A stretch of DNA of 64,000 nucleotides from Anaerotignum sp. (GTDB taxonomy: Bacteria > Bacillota > Clostridia > Oscillospirales > Butyricicoccaceae): positions 52,187 through 116,186 of the forward strand of contig CAVFAY010000005.1 of the NCBI GenBank assembly GCA_963620595.1. The letters run 5' to 3'. Both the position numbers and the translations under genes were made by a program. Every line of letters starts with the position of its first letter. Position 1 is the stretch's first letter. Of this stretch, positions 39,701-48,907 are shown piece after piece. The notes beneath the pieces are model-generated. The model worked only from the letters and a program-made list of their open reading frames with translations, was not told the DNA's origin and ran no database searches.

Positions 39701-40729
39701 GTAGATGGTCTCAAAGACATTTCCGACGGCAATGATGATCCGGATCAGGAAAAAATTATCACGGTAAATAAAGATGCGGCGATGGAGCAGGGCTTGACTG
39801 TGGCACAGGTTTATCAGGCTCTGGCGGATAAGCTCAATACAGAAGTAGATTCCACAACGCTGACAGTTGGTACAGAGGATTTGCCGGTTGTCGTCAAAAA
39901 GCCATCCAGCATCACAACCGATGATTTGATGAAACAGACCATCACCTCAACTGATCAACAGACCGGCGAAACCAAGGAGGTCAAGCTGGATACGATTGCC
40001 TCTGAGACAGATGGACAGGCGCCGTCGGCCATTCAGCGAGACAATAACGAGCGCACGATGTCAATCACGGCAGCGATTGATGATAACCACAACGTCACAC
40101 TGGTAAGTCAAGACGTACAGAAAATTCTGGATTCTTACAACATGCCGGATGGTATGCACGCAGAAATTTCCGGAGAAATGGAAAATATTACAGATTCTAT
40201 GAAAGATCTGGGACTCATGCTGCTGCTTGCAGTTGTCTTTATTTACTTGATTATGGTGGCACAGTTCCAGAGCTTGTTGGGGCCGTTTATTGTTATGTTT
40301 ACGCTGCCATTGGCGTTCACGGGCGGTTTGCTTGGCTTGCTCATTGCGCGGCAGGAGCTGTCGATTATCGCTATGCTGGGCTTTGTTCTGCTGGCGGGTG
40401 TCGTTGTAAATAACGGTATCGTATTTGTCAGCTGTGTCAATGAGCTGCGGCTGGATGGTATGTCTAAGCGGGAAGCGTTGATTGCAGCGGGCAAAATGCG
40501 TATGCGCCCGATTTTGATGACAGCGCTGACAACGATACTGTCTATGTCCACGATGGCGATGGGTATTGGCAGTGGTGCAGAGATGGGGCAGGCGATGGCG
40601 ATTGTCGTTATTGGCGGCTTGAGCTACGCTACCATCCTGACACTGGTGATTGTACCAATCATGTATGATTTGCTTAATCGGAAAAAAACATTAAAACGAG
40701 TAGATGTGGGGGGAAATGATGCAGAATAA
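36779..40729 (+). CDS. RND (AcrB/SwrC-like) efflux permease with long coiled-coil insertion
   Basis: GMLVDNSIVVIENI, STLTTVCVFLP, GVVVNNGIV, RMRPILMT. Confidence 0.92.
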   Translation: MPTVSVKKPFTVLVGIILVLVLGVVAFTKMTTDLLPNMDLPYMVVYATDPGASPESVEGEVTKPLESALGSTTGLKNITSTSNENVGVVILEFEQGTDMNAVSIEMSNTIDQIKGNLPENSGTPVMMQITPDMMPVLVASVDVDGKDAKEVSQYVSDELMPGFERLDGVASVSTTGLITPEVQVVLDQDKIDAVNDKVLASVDQSLADAKKQLDDSQTQIDDAKAQLNSGKSKLDSSADEASKQLAQASAQVDSATAQLNALLSQETTLKANQAAYQAEQKALQQYADMHDSVNMLGIMIVAYDFTGTVPEISGVPSSEDLAALAQNSAQMLEALKDPATYIGGMSDENYAKAMQAVQGMMQNVAPNQDMSQLLSLSRADFAKLVQTTAYASQRVQEITAALNDVNTQLAAAEAMKPQLQQALDQANTAYEKVEAGKMNATLSMAEGASEISIGKASLESAQKQLDSAVEEFEKSRDQAYESADISGIITADMISKILIAENFEMPAGYISDSSDNSYVLKVGEKYDSVEDLSDMVLFHMDTGDIGDIHLSDVAEVKYADQNADTSYAKVNGNDAVVLSFSKQSTASTSAVSEAINDKINELQDSNSKLHITPLMDQGDYIQLIVSSVLSNLVYGGLLAVLVLLLFLRDIRPTIIIAFSIPLSVLFAIVLMYFSNMTLNIISLSGLALGVGMLVDNSIVVIENIYRLRNLGVPAAKAAVQGAKQMSGAIFASTLTTVCVFLPIVFTQGITKQLFADMGLTIAYSLSASFIVALTVVPAMSANLMKKEKVVTHKRFDGFLRGYEKVLRWCLSHRAVTLLAVTVLLVVSVAATAAKGMIFMPSMSSEQMSATMTMPAGSDDTEMQAMADKAMKIMRKVDGVKTVGAMAGGSDMTSMMSSNSNSVSFYLILDEGADNEAIANEITKKTKNLDCDMSVSASNMDLGSYMGTGVQVDIYGDDLDELQKVSADLAKKMKKVDGLKDISDGNDDPDQEKIITVNKDAAMEQGLTVAQVYQALADKLNTEVDSTTLTVGTEDLPVVVKKPSSITTDDLMKQTITSTDQQTGETKEVKLDTIASETDGQAPSAIQRDNNERTMSITAAIDDNHNVTLVSQDVQKILDSYNMPDGMHAEISGEMENITDSMKDLGLMLLLAVVFIYLIMVAQFQSLLGPFIVMFTLPLAFTGGLLGLLIARQELSIIAMLGFVLLAGVVVNNGIVFVSCVNELRLDGMSKREALIAAGKMRMRPILMTALTTILSMSTMAMGIGSGAEMGQAMAIVVIGGLSYATILTLVIVPIMYDLLNRKKTLKRVDVGGNDAE

Positions 40730-41333
40730 GACCTATTCGCCAAAGGAGATCGCGGCCTTTCGCGGTCTCCTGCAATTGGCGGCGGGAGGAAGAAACTTTT
40801 CTAACATCAAGGTGCAGGATATTGCGACTGCTGCCGGCATCGGAAAAGGGACGCTATACGAATATTTTTCTTCTAAAGAAGACATTTTGAGTTGTACTAT
40901 GCTGTACACCTTGCAGCAGTTTGCCGATTGGATGGAACAGCAGATGACCCAGGAGCAGTCTGTGTACGATATGCTGAACAATCTGATAGATACTTTGGAA
41001 CAGGAAATCTTTTTGCCGGTTTCAGCTCTGCCAATGTTTGGTTCATTTTTGTCGCATGAGCAGCATGTGGAGCTGGGAATGCGCAATCGGGAAAAGGCAC
41101 AGAAAACCTTCGAGCGGCTGCATGACTATGAACGGCAAATTTTTGCAAGAGGACGACAAAATGGGGAGATTGATCCGTCTTTGAACGATTGTTTTTGTGA
41201 GTATACCATTTTGTCTGCGTTTGGCGGATTTGCGAGCCGATTTGGAAAAAAGACGGGCTGTTGTTCTGATAATCCATCAAATATTTGTAAAGATATGGTA
41301 CATCAGTTGATTTTTCGGGCGTTGTGTCCATAA
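40716..41333 (+). CDS. TetR-family regulator
   Basis: IKVQDIATAAGIGKGTLYEYFSSKEDI; overlaps RND stop. Confidence 0.9.
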   Translation: MMQNKTYSPKEIAAFRGLLQLAAGGRNFSNIKVQDIATAAGIGKGTLYEYFSSKEDILSCTMLYTLQQFADWMEQQMTQEQSVYDMLNNLIDTLEQEIFLPVSALPMFGSFLSHEQHVELGMRNREKAQKTFERLHDYERQIFARGRQNGEIDPSLNDCFCEYTILSAFGGFASRFGKKTGCCSDNPSNICKDMVHQLIFRALCP

Positions 41334-41425
41334 ATAAACAATAGAATTTATATCAGAACTGTGGTATAATAATTAAAATATTGCTAAAATTGCCGCATTG
41401 TGTCGGTATAGAGAGGGAGATATAC

Positions 41426-42295
41426 ATGAGAACGGAAAAAATTGCAGTGCTGACGGATTCCTGTGCAGATATTCCGGTAGAGGTTGCAAGAAAAAATCAT
41501 ATTTATGTCGTTCCGTTTACGATTACATTCGAAGAAGGCTCGTATCAGGACGGCGTGGATATTTTTCCGGACGATGTGTATCGTCGACAGCCGAATGAGA
41601 CCATTAAAACATCACTGCCATCAGGCGCCGCGATTGAGGACACGCTGCACAAGATCAAAGAAGACGGATATACTAAAGTCATTGCGATTATGCTGTCCAG
41701 TGGTCTGAGCGGCGGCTACCAAATTGTGCGGATGCTCGGCGAAGAGGACGAAGATTTGGAAGTTGCAGCATTCGATTCGATGAGTGCCAGCTTGGGTGAA
41801 GGCGTTATGGTCCTGACGGTTGCCCGCTGGATTGAAGAGGGCAGATCGTGGGAGAAAATACTTGCACTGATGCCGCGTATGATGAAGAATGTATATCCAT
41901 ATTTTTCTGTCGATACCTTGGAGTATCTCAAGCGAGGCGGCCGCATTGGAAAGATCACGGCAATGGCAGGAACAGCACTTGGCATCAAGCCGATTCTTGC
42001 TTTTGAGCCAAAATCGGGTGAACTGACAAGCATTCACAAGGTGCGCGGCAGACATGCGGCAATGAAAAGACTGGTACAGGTTGCCGTGTCTAACTTACAG
42101 CCGAATAAACGGTATAATATCATGTGGGCACACGGCGGTACGCCGGAGGAAGGGGCACAGATTGCTGAAATGCTGCGTGAGGCAGCACCGGATTTCCAGC
42201 AGGAATTTTCCGGTGAAGTAGACTGTACTCTTGCTGCATATGTCGGACCAAGACTCATTGGTGCCGCTGTGCAGGTGCTTGATGACGATATGTAA
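41426..42295 (+). CDS. DegV/FakB fatty-acid binding protein
   Basis: LTDSCAD, KTSLPS, LSSGLSG, LEYLKRGGRIG, LGIKPIL, VGP. Confidence 0.92.
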   Translation: MRTEKIAVLTDSCADIPVEVARKNHIYVVPFTITFEEGSYQDGVDIFPDDVYRRQPNETIKTSLPSGAAIEDTLHKIKEDGYTKVIAIMLSSGLSGGYQIVRMLGEEDEDLEVAAFDSMSASLGEGVMVLTVARWIEEGRSWEKILALMPRMMKNVYPYFSVDTLEYLKRGGRIGKITAMAGTALGIKPILAFEPKSGELTSIHKVRGRHAAMKRLVQVAVSNLQPNKRYNIMWAHGGTPEEGAQIAEMLREAAPDFQQEFSGEVDCTLAAYVGPRLIGAAVQVLDDDM

Positions 42296-42303
42296 GACAA
42301 ATG

Positions 42304-42338
42304 AAACCGGCGAAGGGGAAACCTTTGCCGGTTTTTTT
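42304..42338 (+). terminator. Intrinsic terminator
   Basis: AAACCGGCGAAGG-ggaaa-CCTTTGCCGGTTTTTTT. Confidence 0.8.
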
Positions 42339-42416
42339 GTATCCGGAGGGGAATTGCAAATAGGGACAATTCAAGGTATGATAGAGGCAGTGATTCCAAC
42401 AGAAAGGGAGAACACG

Positions 42417-43589
42417 ATGAAGTTTTTACATCTTGGAGATCTGCATCTCGGCAAGCGGGTATACGGCTATTCTATGCTGGATGACCAGCGGTTTGCTTTG
42501 GAACAGGTCATTCGCATGGCAACAGAAAATCAAGTGGATGCTGTTGTCTTGGCGGGAGATATTTATGATAAGACGGTTCCGTCCGGCGAGGCGGTCTCGC
42601 TGTTTGATTGGTTTTTTACGCAGTTATGTGAGCGAGCTGTCACAGTCTTGGCGGTGAGCGGCAATCATGATTCCGGCGAACGATTGGATTTTGGCAAGAC
42701 TCTGTTGTCTCAGCAGGGAATGCATCTGGTGGGAACTTTGGATGAAACCGTAGCATCTGTCACTTTGGCAGATCAGCAGGGATGCCGCGTACAGTTTCAC
42801 CTGTTGCCGTGGCTGCGACCGATGGAATGGCGCGAGAAATGGAACCTAACAGAGAGCACACAGCAATGTGTCATGCAAGAAGCGCTTAAACGGGCAGTAT
42901 GGGAACAGAATGTACGGCATGTGCTGATTGCGCATACCTTTGTGACGGTTGGCGGCGTTATGCCGGAACAGTCGGACTCGGAAATTCTTCCTGTCGGCGG
43001 CATAGACGCTGTGGATGCTGCTTTGTTTGATGCATATGATTATGTGGCACTGGGACACATTCACCGTCCGCAGCGGTTGGGACGAGACAGTGTGCGGTAT
43101 TGTGGTTCCTTGCTTAAATATTCGTTTTCTGAGGCACGATACCCGAAATCGGTACCGCTGGTGACGATAAATCAAATCGGTGAAGCGGAGATTACCTTGC
43201 TGCCGCTGGCGCCGAAACGAGATTTGCGTGAGCTGCGCGGCAAACTACAGGATGTCGTTTCGGATTTGGTACAGCAGGCGGGCAATCCCAACGATTATTT
43301 GCGTGTCATTTTGACTGATGATGAGGAATTGTACGATCCACAGGCGGCGCTGCGTGCCGCATATCCTAACTTGATGCGGCTGGATTTTGACAATATCCGC
43401 ACGCAGACGGCGAATGCAGAGGGCTTACAGCGCGAAGAGGCTGCACGACAGCTGACGCCTGTTCAACTGTTTGAACAGTTCTTTTTGGAACAAAACGGAA
43501 AACCGATGACTGCGTGGCAAAAGCAGCAAATTCTTCGGATTGGCAGAGAGATGGAGGCAAGCGATGAAGCCGATTCATTTGACAATTAG
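42417..43589 (+). CDS. sbcD: Nuclease SbcCD subunit D
   Basis: GDLHLG, AGDIYD, SGNHD, ALGHIH, YCGSLLKYSFSE. Confidence 0.95.
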   Translation: MKFLHLGDLHLGKRVYGYSMLDDQRFALEQVIRMATENQVDAVVLAGDIYDKTVPSGEAVSLFDWFFTQLCERAVTVLAVSGNHDSGERLDFGKTLLSQQGMHLVGTLDETVASVTLADQQGCRVQFHLLPWLRPMEWREKWNLTESTQQCVMQEALKRAVWEQNVRHVLIAHTFVTVGGVMPEQSDSEILPVGGIDAVDAALFDAYDYVALGHIHRPQRLGRDSVRYCGSLLKYSFSEARYPKSVPLVTINQIGEAEITLLPLAPKRDLRELRGKLQDVVSDLVQQAGNPNDYLRVILTDDEELYDPQAALRAAYPNLMRLDFDNIRTQTANAEGLQREEAARQLTPVQLFEQFFLEQNGKPMTAWQKQQILRIGREMEASDEADSFDN

Positions 43590-46500
43590 TGCGTTTGGAC
43601 CGTATTCTGATACCGTGACACTGGACATGCAGGCATTTGGCGGACAGGGCTTGTTTTTGATTACAGGAGATACCGGTGCTGGAAAGACGAGTATTTTTGA
43701 TGCGATCTGTTTTGCTTTGTTCGGCGAGGTCAGTGGTTCGCAGCGCGGCGCCGATCAATTGCGCTCGGATTTTGCCGCGCCAACAGCGGATACCTATGTC
43801 AAATTTACGTTCTCCCATGGCGGGAAGACGTATCAGATCCACCGAACACCAAAATATGAACGACTTAAAAAACGAGGAACGGGTACAGTTACCCAACAGC
43901 CCAACGCGGTGATGACAAATCATGACGGCTCGACAATTGCGGGAGCAACTGCAGTGACTGACGCAGTGCAGCAGTTGCTTGGCGTAGATTGCCGTTCGTT
44001 TAAGCAGATTTCTATGATTGCACAGGGAGAATTTATGAAGCTGCTCACGGCAGATAGTCAGTCCAGAGCAAAGATTATTCGCAATGTTTTTCACACCGAG
44101 GCACTGGTGACGCTGCAAAAGTGCATCAAGACGGAATATCTGACGAAGAATCGAATCTGCGAGGACACGCGCCGTGCTCTATTACAGTACGCAGAGGGCT
44201 TTCAATTGGAGCAGGAAGGGGAGATACAAGAGCTGTCTGAACTGTTCAAGCAAGTAAAGGCACAAAACAGTCGTGATGCGCAGACCATCAAGCAATTGGA
44301 CGAACAATTGAGCAAACTGCACGCAGCGCGCACGGCGGCAACAGAAGCGGTAGTCAAAGCAGAAACACAACTGCAAGCGCGCAACAAATGGAGCGCTGCC
44401 AAGCAGCAGATGACACAGCTGGAGGCACAATTACCTGCGATGCAGGCGCAAAACGAACGGCTGGAACGAGCACGCCGGGCAAGAGACTTGGTACAGCCAC
44501 AGTGGCAGGCGTATCAGTCGGAGCAGACGAGATGGGAGCAATTATCTGAGCGTGTACAGGCGCAAAAACGCAATGTAGAGCAATTGGAACAGCAAAGTGC
44601 ATCGTTGGAACAGAAAAAGCAACAGGCAGAAGCACAGCTTCCTCAGTTGGATCTGTTGCAGCAGGAAATGACTCGCTTGCGTGATGCAAAACAGCAGGCA
44701 GAGCTCTGGCAGGAGAAACAGGCACAGGCAAAAAAAGCGAGAAATTCTGCCAATTCCCTGCAAATGCGCCATCAACAGACGGCAAATACGTTGCAGACGG
44801 AACGACAGCGCATAGAAACACTGCGACAACAGACCGTGCGTCTGCATGACTTGCAGATGAAACGTGAATCCCTGCGCAATCAGTGGAGAGAAGCGTCTCA
44901 GTTAGAGAAGCAGCTTAAGAGTAAGGTGGGCTTGTTTGCGGAGCTGACAGACAGTCAAAATCAACTGAAGAGTCAGCAGGAGGCGTATGCGAAACAGGAA
45001 AACATCTATCAAGCCAAGGAACAACAGTATCAGGTGGCGGAATTGTATTGGATGCGTGGACAGGCAGGCATCTTAGCGCAAGATCTGCGGGATCATACTC
45101 CGTGTCCTGTGTGCGGCGCACTGGAGCATCCGCATCCGGCTCAGTTGCAGGCACAAGTGCCGACAGAGCAAGAATTACAGACTCTGCGGGAACAGGCAGA
45201 GCACAGCCGCGCAGCACTGCAACAGGTCGGTGAGCAGACAGCAGCAGCGCGTTCACGCGTAAAATCTGCCCAGAATGCTGTCCGACAGGCTATGCAGGAA
45301 TTGTTTGATGAGCCAGAGACCACACAGGAACAGCTGCTGCAGACGATTGCACAGAAAACAGTTGAGACAGAACAGCTGCTGGAGCAGGGAAAGCAAATTG
45401 CCGAGCAGGTTGGAAAAATGGAACAGATTGCCGAGCAGCTGAAAGCGACACAACAGCAATTGTCGGAAATGGAACAAGCGGCACAGGAAGCAGAACAGGC
45501 ATATCATGCGGCAGACTGCACTGCTGCCACAATCGAAGCAGAGGCACAAATCATACAGGATGCCTTGCCCATGCGAGATCTTGCTGAAATTGATGCGAAA
45601 TTGTGCGAGAAGCAGGCGGTCTATGATGCGCTGCATCAACGTATTGAACAAGCTAAGCAGCATTGGGAGAGCCATCAGCGCAAGCTGAGCAGTGCAACTG
45701 AAGTCTATCGCTCTGTCTGTGTACAGGAGAAGCAGCAACGTCAGATGACACAAACAGCTCAAAATACGTGGCGTGATGCTGTGCATACGGCTGGATTTGC
45801 AAGTGGAGAAGCCTATCAGGCGGCATTGCTGTCACCAGAAGCCTTTCGAGATGCAGAACAGCAATGCCAGCAATTCTCTCAGCAGTTGGCAACGGCGCGT
45901 TCGATGGAAAAGGAATATGCTGCTGCCATTCCAGCCGGAAAACCGGAAGATATAGAGCAGCTGAGGCAGCAGCGGGAACAAGCAGAGCGCATGTGCCAAG
46001 AGAAAGAACGACTTCGCACACAATGTGTCGCACGAAAAGAAAACAATCAAGCGTTGCTGGCGCGAATTGGGCAGATGCAGGACGAATTGGAACAAGTGGA
46101 ACAGCAGACTGCTGCTCTACGCGAGCTGTCTCAGACGGCAAACGGCGAGCTGGCGGGAAAGCAAAAGCTCATGTTGGAGCAGTATGTACAGGCGGCCTAT
46201 TTTGAGCGCGTGCTGCAGCGCGCCAATCTGCGCCTGCGTGATATGACGCAGGGACGCTATGAGATGCATCGGCGTAAAAACGCAGAGAATCATCGCAGTC
46301 AGTCGGGATTGGACATTGACGTCATGGATTATTATACCGGCAAGCGGCGTTCGGTCAAAACACTGTCCGGCGGAGAATCGTTTCTCGGTGCATTGGCGTT
46401 GGCACTTGGTATGTCGGATGTCATTCAGAGCTATGCAGGCGGTGTGCTGGTAGAGACTGTTTTTTTGGACGAGGGCTTTGGCACGCTGGATAGTGCAGCA

Positions 46501-46656
46501 CTGGAGCAGGCAATTGGCGTGCTGGTTCGCCTGTCCGGTGGAAATCGGCTCATCGGCATTATTTCACATGTCACAGAGCTAAAGGATCGTATCGGGCGGC
46601 AGATTGTCGTTCGTCGCGGTGCTTCTGGCAGCACAGCAGAAATTTCTATGGGGTGA
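43564..46656 (+). CDS. sbcC: Nuclease SbcCD subunit C (SMC-like ATPase)
   Basis: Walker A GDTGAGKT, Q-loop IAQGEF, zinc hook CPVCG, LSGGE, LDEGFG, IISH. Confidence 0.95.
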   Translation: MKPIHLTISAFGPYSDTVTLDMQAFGGQGLFLITGDTGAGKTSIFDAICFALFGEVSGSQRGADQLRSDFAAPTADTYVKFTFSHGGKTYQIHRTPKYERLKKRGTGTVTQQPNAVMTNHDGSTIAGATAVTDAVQQLLGVDCRSFKQISMIAQGEFMKLLTADSQSRAKIIRNVFHTEALVTLQKCIKTEYLTKNRICEDTRRALLQYAEGFQLEQEGEIQELSELFKQVKAQNSRDAQTIKQLDEQLSKLHAARTAATEAVVKAETQLQARNKWSAAKQQMTQLEAQLPAMQAQNERLERARRARDLVQPQWQAYQSEQTRWEQLSERVQAQKRNVEQLEQQSASLEQKKQQAEAQLPQLDLLQQEMTRLRDAKQQAELWQEKQAQAKKARNSANSLQMRHQQTANTLQTERQRIETLRQQTVRLHDLQMKRESLRNQWREASQLEKQLKSKVGLFAELTDSQNQLKSQQEAYAKQENIYQAKEQQYQVAELYWMRGQAGILAQDLRDHTPCPVCGALEHPHPAQLQAQVPTEQELQTLREQAEHSRAALQQVGEQTAAARSRVKSAQNAVRQAMQELFDEPETTQEQLLQTIAQKTVETEQLLEQGKQIAEQVGKMEQIAEQLKATQQQLSEMEQAAQEAEQAYHAADCTAATIEAEAQIIQDALPMRDLAEIDAKLCEKQAVYDALHQRIEQAKQHWESHQRKLSSATEVYRSVCVQEKQQRQMTQTAQNTWRDAVHTAGFASGEAYQAALLSPEAFRDAEQQCQQFSQQLATARSMEKEYAAAIPAGKPEDIEQLRQQREQAERMCQEKERLRTQCVARKENNQALLARIGQMQDELEQVEQQTAALRELSQTANGELAGKQKLMLEQYVQAAYFERVLQRANLRLRDMTQGRYEMHRRKNAENHRSQSGLDIDVMDYYTGKRRSVKTLSGGESFLGALALALGMSDVIQSYAGGVLVETVFLDEGFGTLDSAALEQAIGVLVRLSGGNRLIGIISHVTELKDRIGRQIVVRRGASGSTAEISMG

Positions 46657-46660
46657 TAGA

Positions 46661-47353
46661 ATGAACAACAATGAAATGCAAGTAATTGCTACGATTCGCA
46701 CGGATTTTCCGACAAAGTTCGGCATTCCGCGGCAAAGTGGAATTGTAGATACGCTGCGGGCGAAGATTGTATTTGAACCGGAATACCGTAATCCCAATGC
46801 ACTGCGGGGATTGGAGGATTTTTCCCATTTGTGGTTGATCTGGCAATTTTCCGGAAATGCGCGCAGAAAAACATGGTCTCCGACCGTGCGCCCGCCGCGG
46901 CTGGGCGGAAATACGCGTATGGGCGTATTTGCGACGCGTTCGCCGTTTCGACCCAATCCGATTGGCCTTTCCAGTGTGCGAATAGAAGAAATTCAGCTGC
47001 ATACACAAGAAGGCCCGGTGATTTGGGTGTCTGGTGCAGATCTTATGGACAGTACGCCGATCTATGACATCAAGCCATTTATTCCGTATGCAGATAATCA
47101 TCCGGATGCCAAAGGTGGATTTACCAATGATACAAGCGGATACACGTTGACAGTAGATTTTCCAGAGCAATGGCTAAAACAGGTGCCGGAATCGCATCGA
47201 GAAGCCCTGTGCGGCGTGCTTGCACATGATCCGAGACCGTCTTATCAGCACGATCCGGAGCGCGTGTACGGCATGGAATTTGCAGGACTGGAAGTTCGAT
47301 TTCGCGTTGACGGCGACCAATTGATAGTATGCAGTGTTGAACCGATGGCATGA
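46661..47353 (+). CDS. trmO: tRNA m6t6A37 methyltransferase TrmO/TsaA
   Basis: KFGIPRQ, VRPPRLGG, GVFATRSPFRPNPIG, TPIYDIKP, DPRPSY. Confidence 0.92.
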   Translation: MNNNEMQVIATIRTDFPTKFGIPRQSGIVDTLRAKIVFEPEYRNPNALRGLEDFSHLWLIWQFSGNARRKTWSPTVRPPRLGGNTRMGVFATRSPFRPNPIGLSSVRIEEIQLHTQEGPVIWVSGADLMDSTPIYDIKPFIPYADNHPDAKGGFTNDTSGYTLTVDFPEQWLKQVPESHREALCGVLAHDPRPSYQHDPERVYGMEFAGLEVRFRVDGDQLIVCSVEPMA

Positions 47354-47356
47354 AGA

Positions 47357-47388
47357 AAACAGGCATTTCCCGCAGGAAATGCCTGTTT
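47357..47388. terminator. Bidirectional terminator
   Basis: AAACAGGCATTTCC-cgca-GGAAATGCCTGTTT. Confidence 0.75.
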
Positions 47389-47404
47389 GGCTGTTTGGCC
47401 TGAT

Positions 47405-48781
47405 TTAAGAAAGCAGGGAGGAAGCAACGCCGGTCAAGTAATTCTTGAGCATCTGCGCACACTCAGCGCGAGTCGTAGAGTCTTTCGGAGCCAGATGTGT
47501 GCTGCTCTTGCCAGATATGATTTTGCACGCGACAGCCCACTGCATGGCATCTTGCGCGTAAGAAGAGACAGAGGATGCATCTTGATATTGGTTTAAATTG
47601 GTGCGGGCGCTGGTGTTAAGCTGGCACTTGTTGGAATAACGGTATAACACGGCGGCAAAATCCTGTCGTGTTATCGGAACGTTTGCACCGAAGGTATTGT
47701 TTGGATAGCCGCTCATAATACCGTTTTGCTGTGCCCATGCAACGGCGTTGGCAAACCATTGGTCAGAGGTCACATCGGAAAAAGACGATGGCTGTGTGAC
47801 AGAGGGTTTACCGGAAAAGTTGTATAAAACCTGTGCTACCATAGCACGGGTCAATGATGCATGCGGCGCGAATTGCGTTGAAGAATAGCCATTCATCAAA
47901 TTGTTCTGAAAGACAAAAGAAACAGCTGGCGCAAACCAATCGGAGGAAGTGACGTCTTGGAATTCGCAGACTATATGCTTGGGGATAAGCTCTCCATTGG
48001 TCAAATAAAAATTACAGGCTATATCATCAGAAACGCCGGCAACAGAACCAGAGCCGGTGTACTGCCAGCAATCATATCCGGTATAATTGGTTTGTGTGGT
48101 GTAATGGGTCAGCCAGATTTTCACACCGGCAGCCTGAATTTGATCGGTGTAGACTTCACTAGACAAAAAATCTCTGCTGGCGCATAGCATAGGAACATAA
48201 CCGGCACTGCGAATCGTATCGCAGAACGCAAGAACATTGGCGGTCTTTTGAGATTGACTCAGATTGGCTTGATCCAGTCTGCCAGAGCCATCATAATACG
48301 CGTAGTTCATGGCAATAGGAAGTTGTATGTTGTCGTGCTTCACATGGCTTAACACAAATTGTGCTTCTTCTTCGGCTTCTGATGTATTGATTGCCTGAGA
48401 CAAAAAGACAACACCGATGGGAAGGCCAACAGCATCAGCACCGTTGACATAGGTTGTGTAGTGTTCATCTTCGAATAACTCTCCGGATTTGACACCGCGC
48501 TGACCGACTTGAATCAGAGCAAAGTCGATGCCGTCCTTGGCTGCAGCATTCCAGTTGATGGTTCCATTTTGGTTGGAGACATCTATACCATCGTACACGG
48601 TATAACCGGAAGGAAGTACATAATTTTTCCCCGTAAAACTGCTGAATCGGGTGATTGTTGCGGCATCAAATACCTGATGAAATCTTTCTGTGTCTGTGGC
48701 AGACTGGGCAGCAAATGCTGTGCTTGTCAGACTGCAGAGGCAGCAGGAAAGGCAGAGGGCGAGCAATCGTTTGGCCTTCAT
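47405..48781 (-). CDS. Secreted GH25 lysozyme-like domain plus three SLH domains
   Basis: Signal peptide ending AFA; GIDVS..NG.INW; WQYTGSG; SLH motifs LTRAM, ITRQD, TTRAE. Confidence 0.88.
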   Translation of the reverse strand: MKAKRLLALCLSCCLCSLTSTAFAAQSATDTERFHQVFDAATITRFSSFTGKNYVLPSGYTVYDGIDVSNQNGTINWNAAAKDGIDFALIQVGQRGVKSGELFEDEHYTTYVNGADAVGLPIGVVFLSQAINTSEAEEEAQFVLSHVKHDNIQLPIAMNYAYYDGSGRLDQANLSQSQKTANVLAFCDTIRSAGYVPMLCASRDFLSSEVYTDQIQAAGVKIWLTHYTTQTNYTGYDCWQYTGSGSVAGVSDDIACNFYLTNGELIPKHIVCEFQDVTSSDWFAPAVSFVFQNNLMNGYSSTQFAPHASLTRAMVAQVLYNFSGKPSVTQPSSFSDVTSDQWFANAVAWAQQNGIMSGYPNNTFGANVPITRQDFAAVLYRYSNKCQLNTSARTNLNQYQDASSVSSYAQDAMQWAVACKIISGKSSTHLAPKDSTTRAECAQMLKNYLTGVASSLLS

Positions 48782-48907
48782 AAACAGTTCAATCCTTCCT
48801 AATATGAAAAGTTATGTGTGATAACTGTAGTATGGCATAATTTTCCGAAAGATACAAGTGTTTAATAAAAAAAGAACAGCAGTGAAAAACTGCTGTTCTC
48901 CTAGTTG

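Noticed and set aside
44200..46120. Gln/Glu-rich CAG/GAA low-complexity repeats
   Set aside because: Ordinary SbcC coiled-coil arms.
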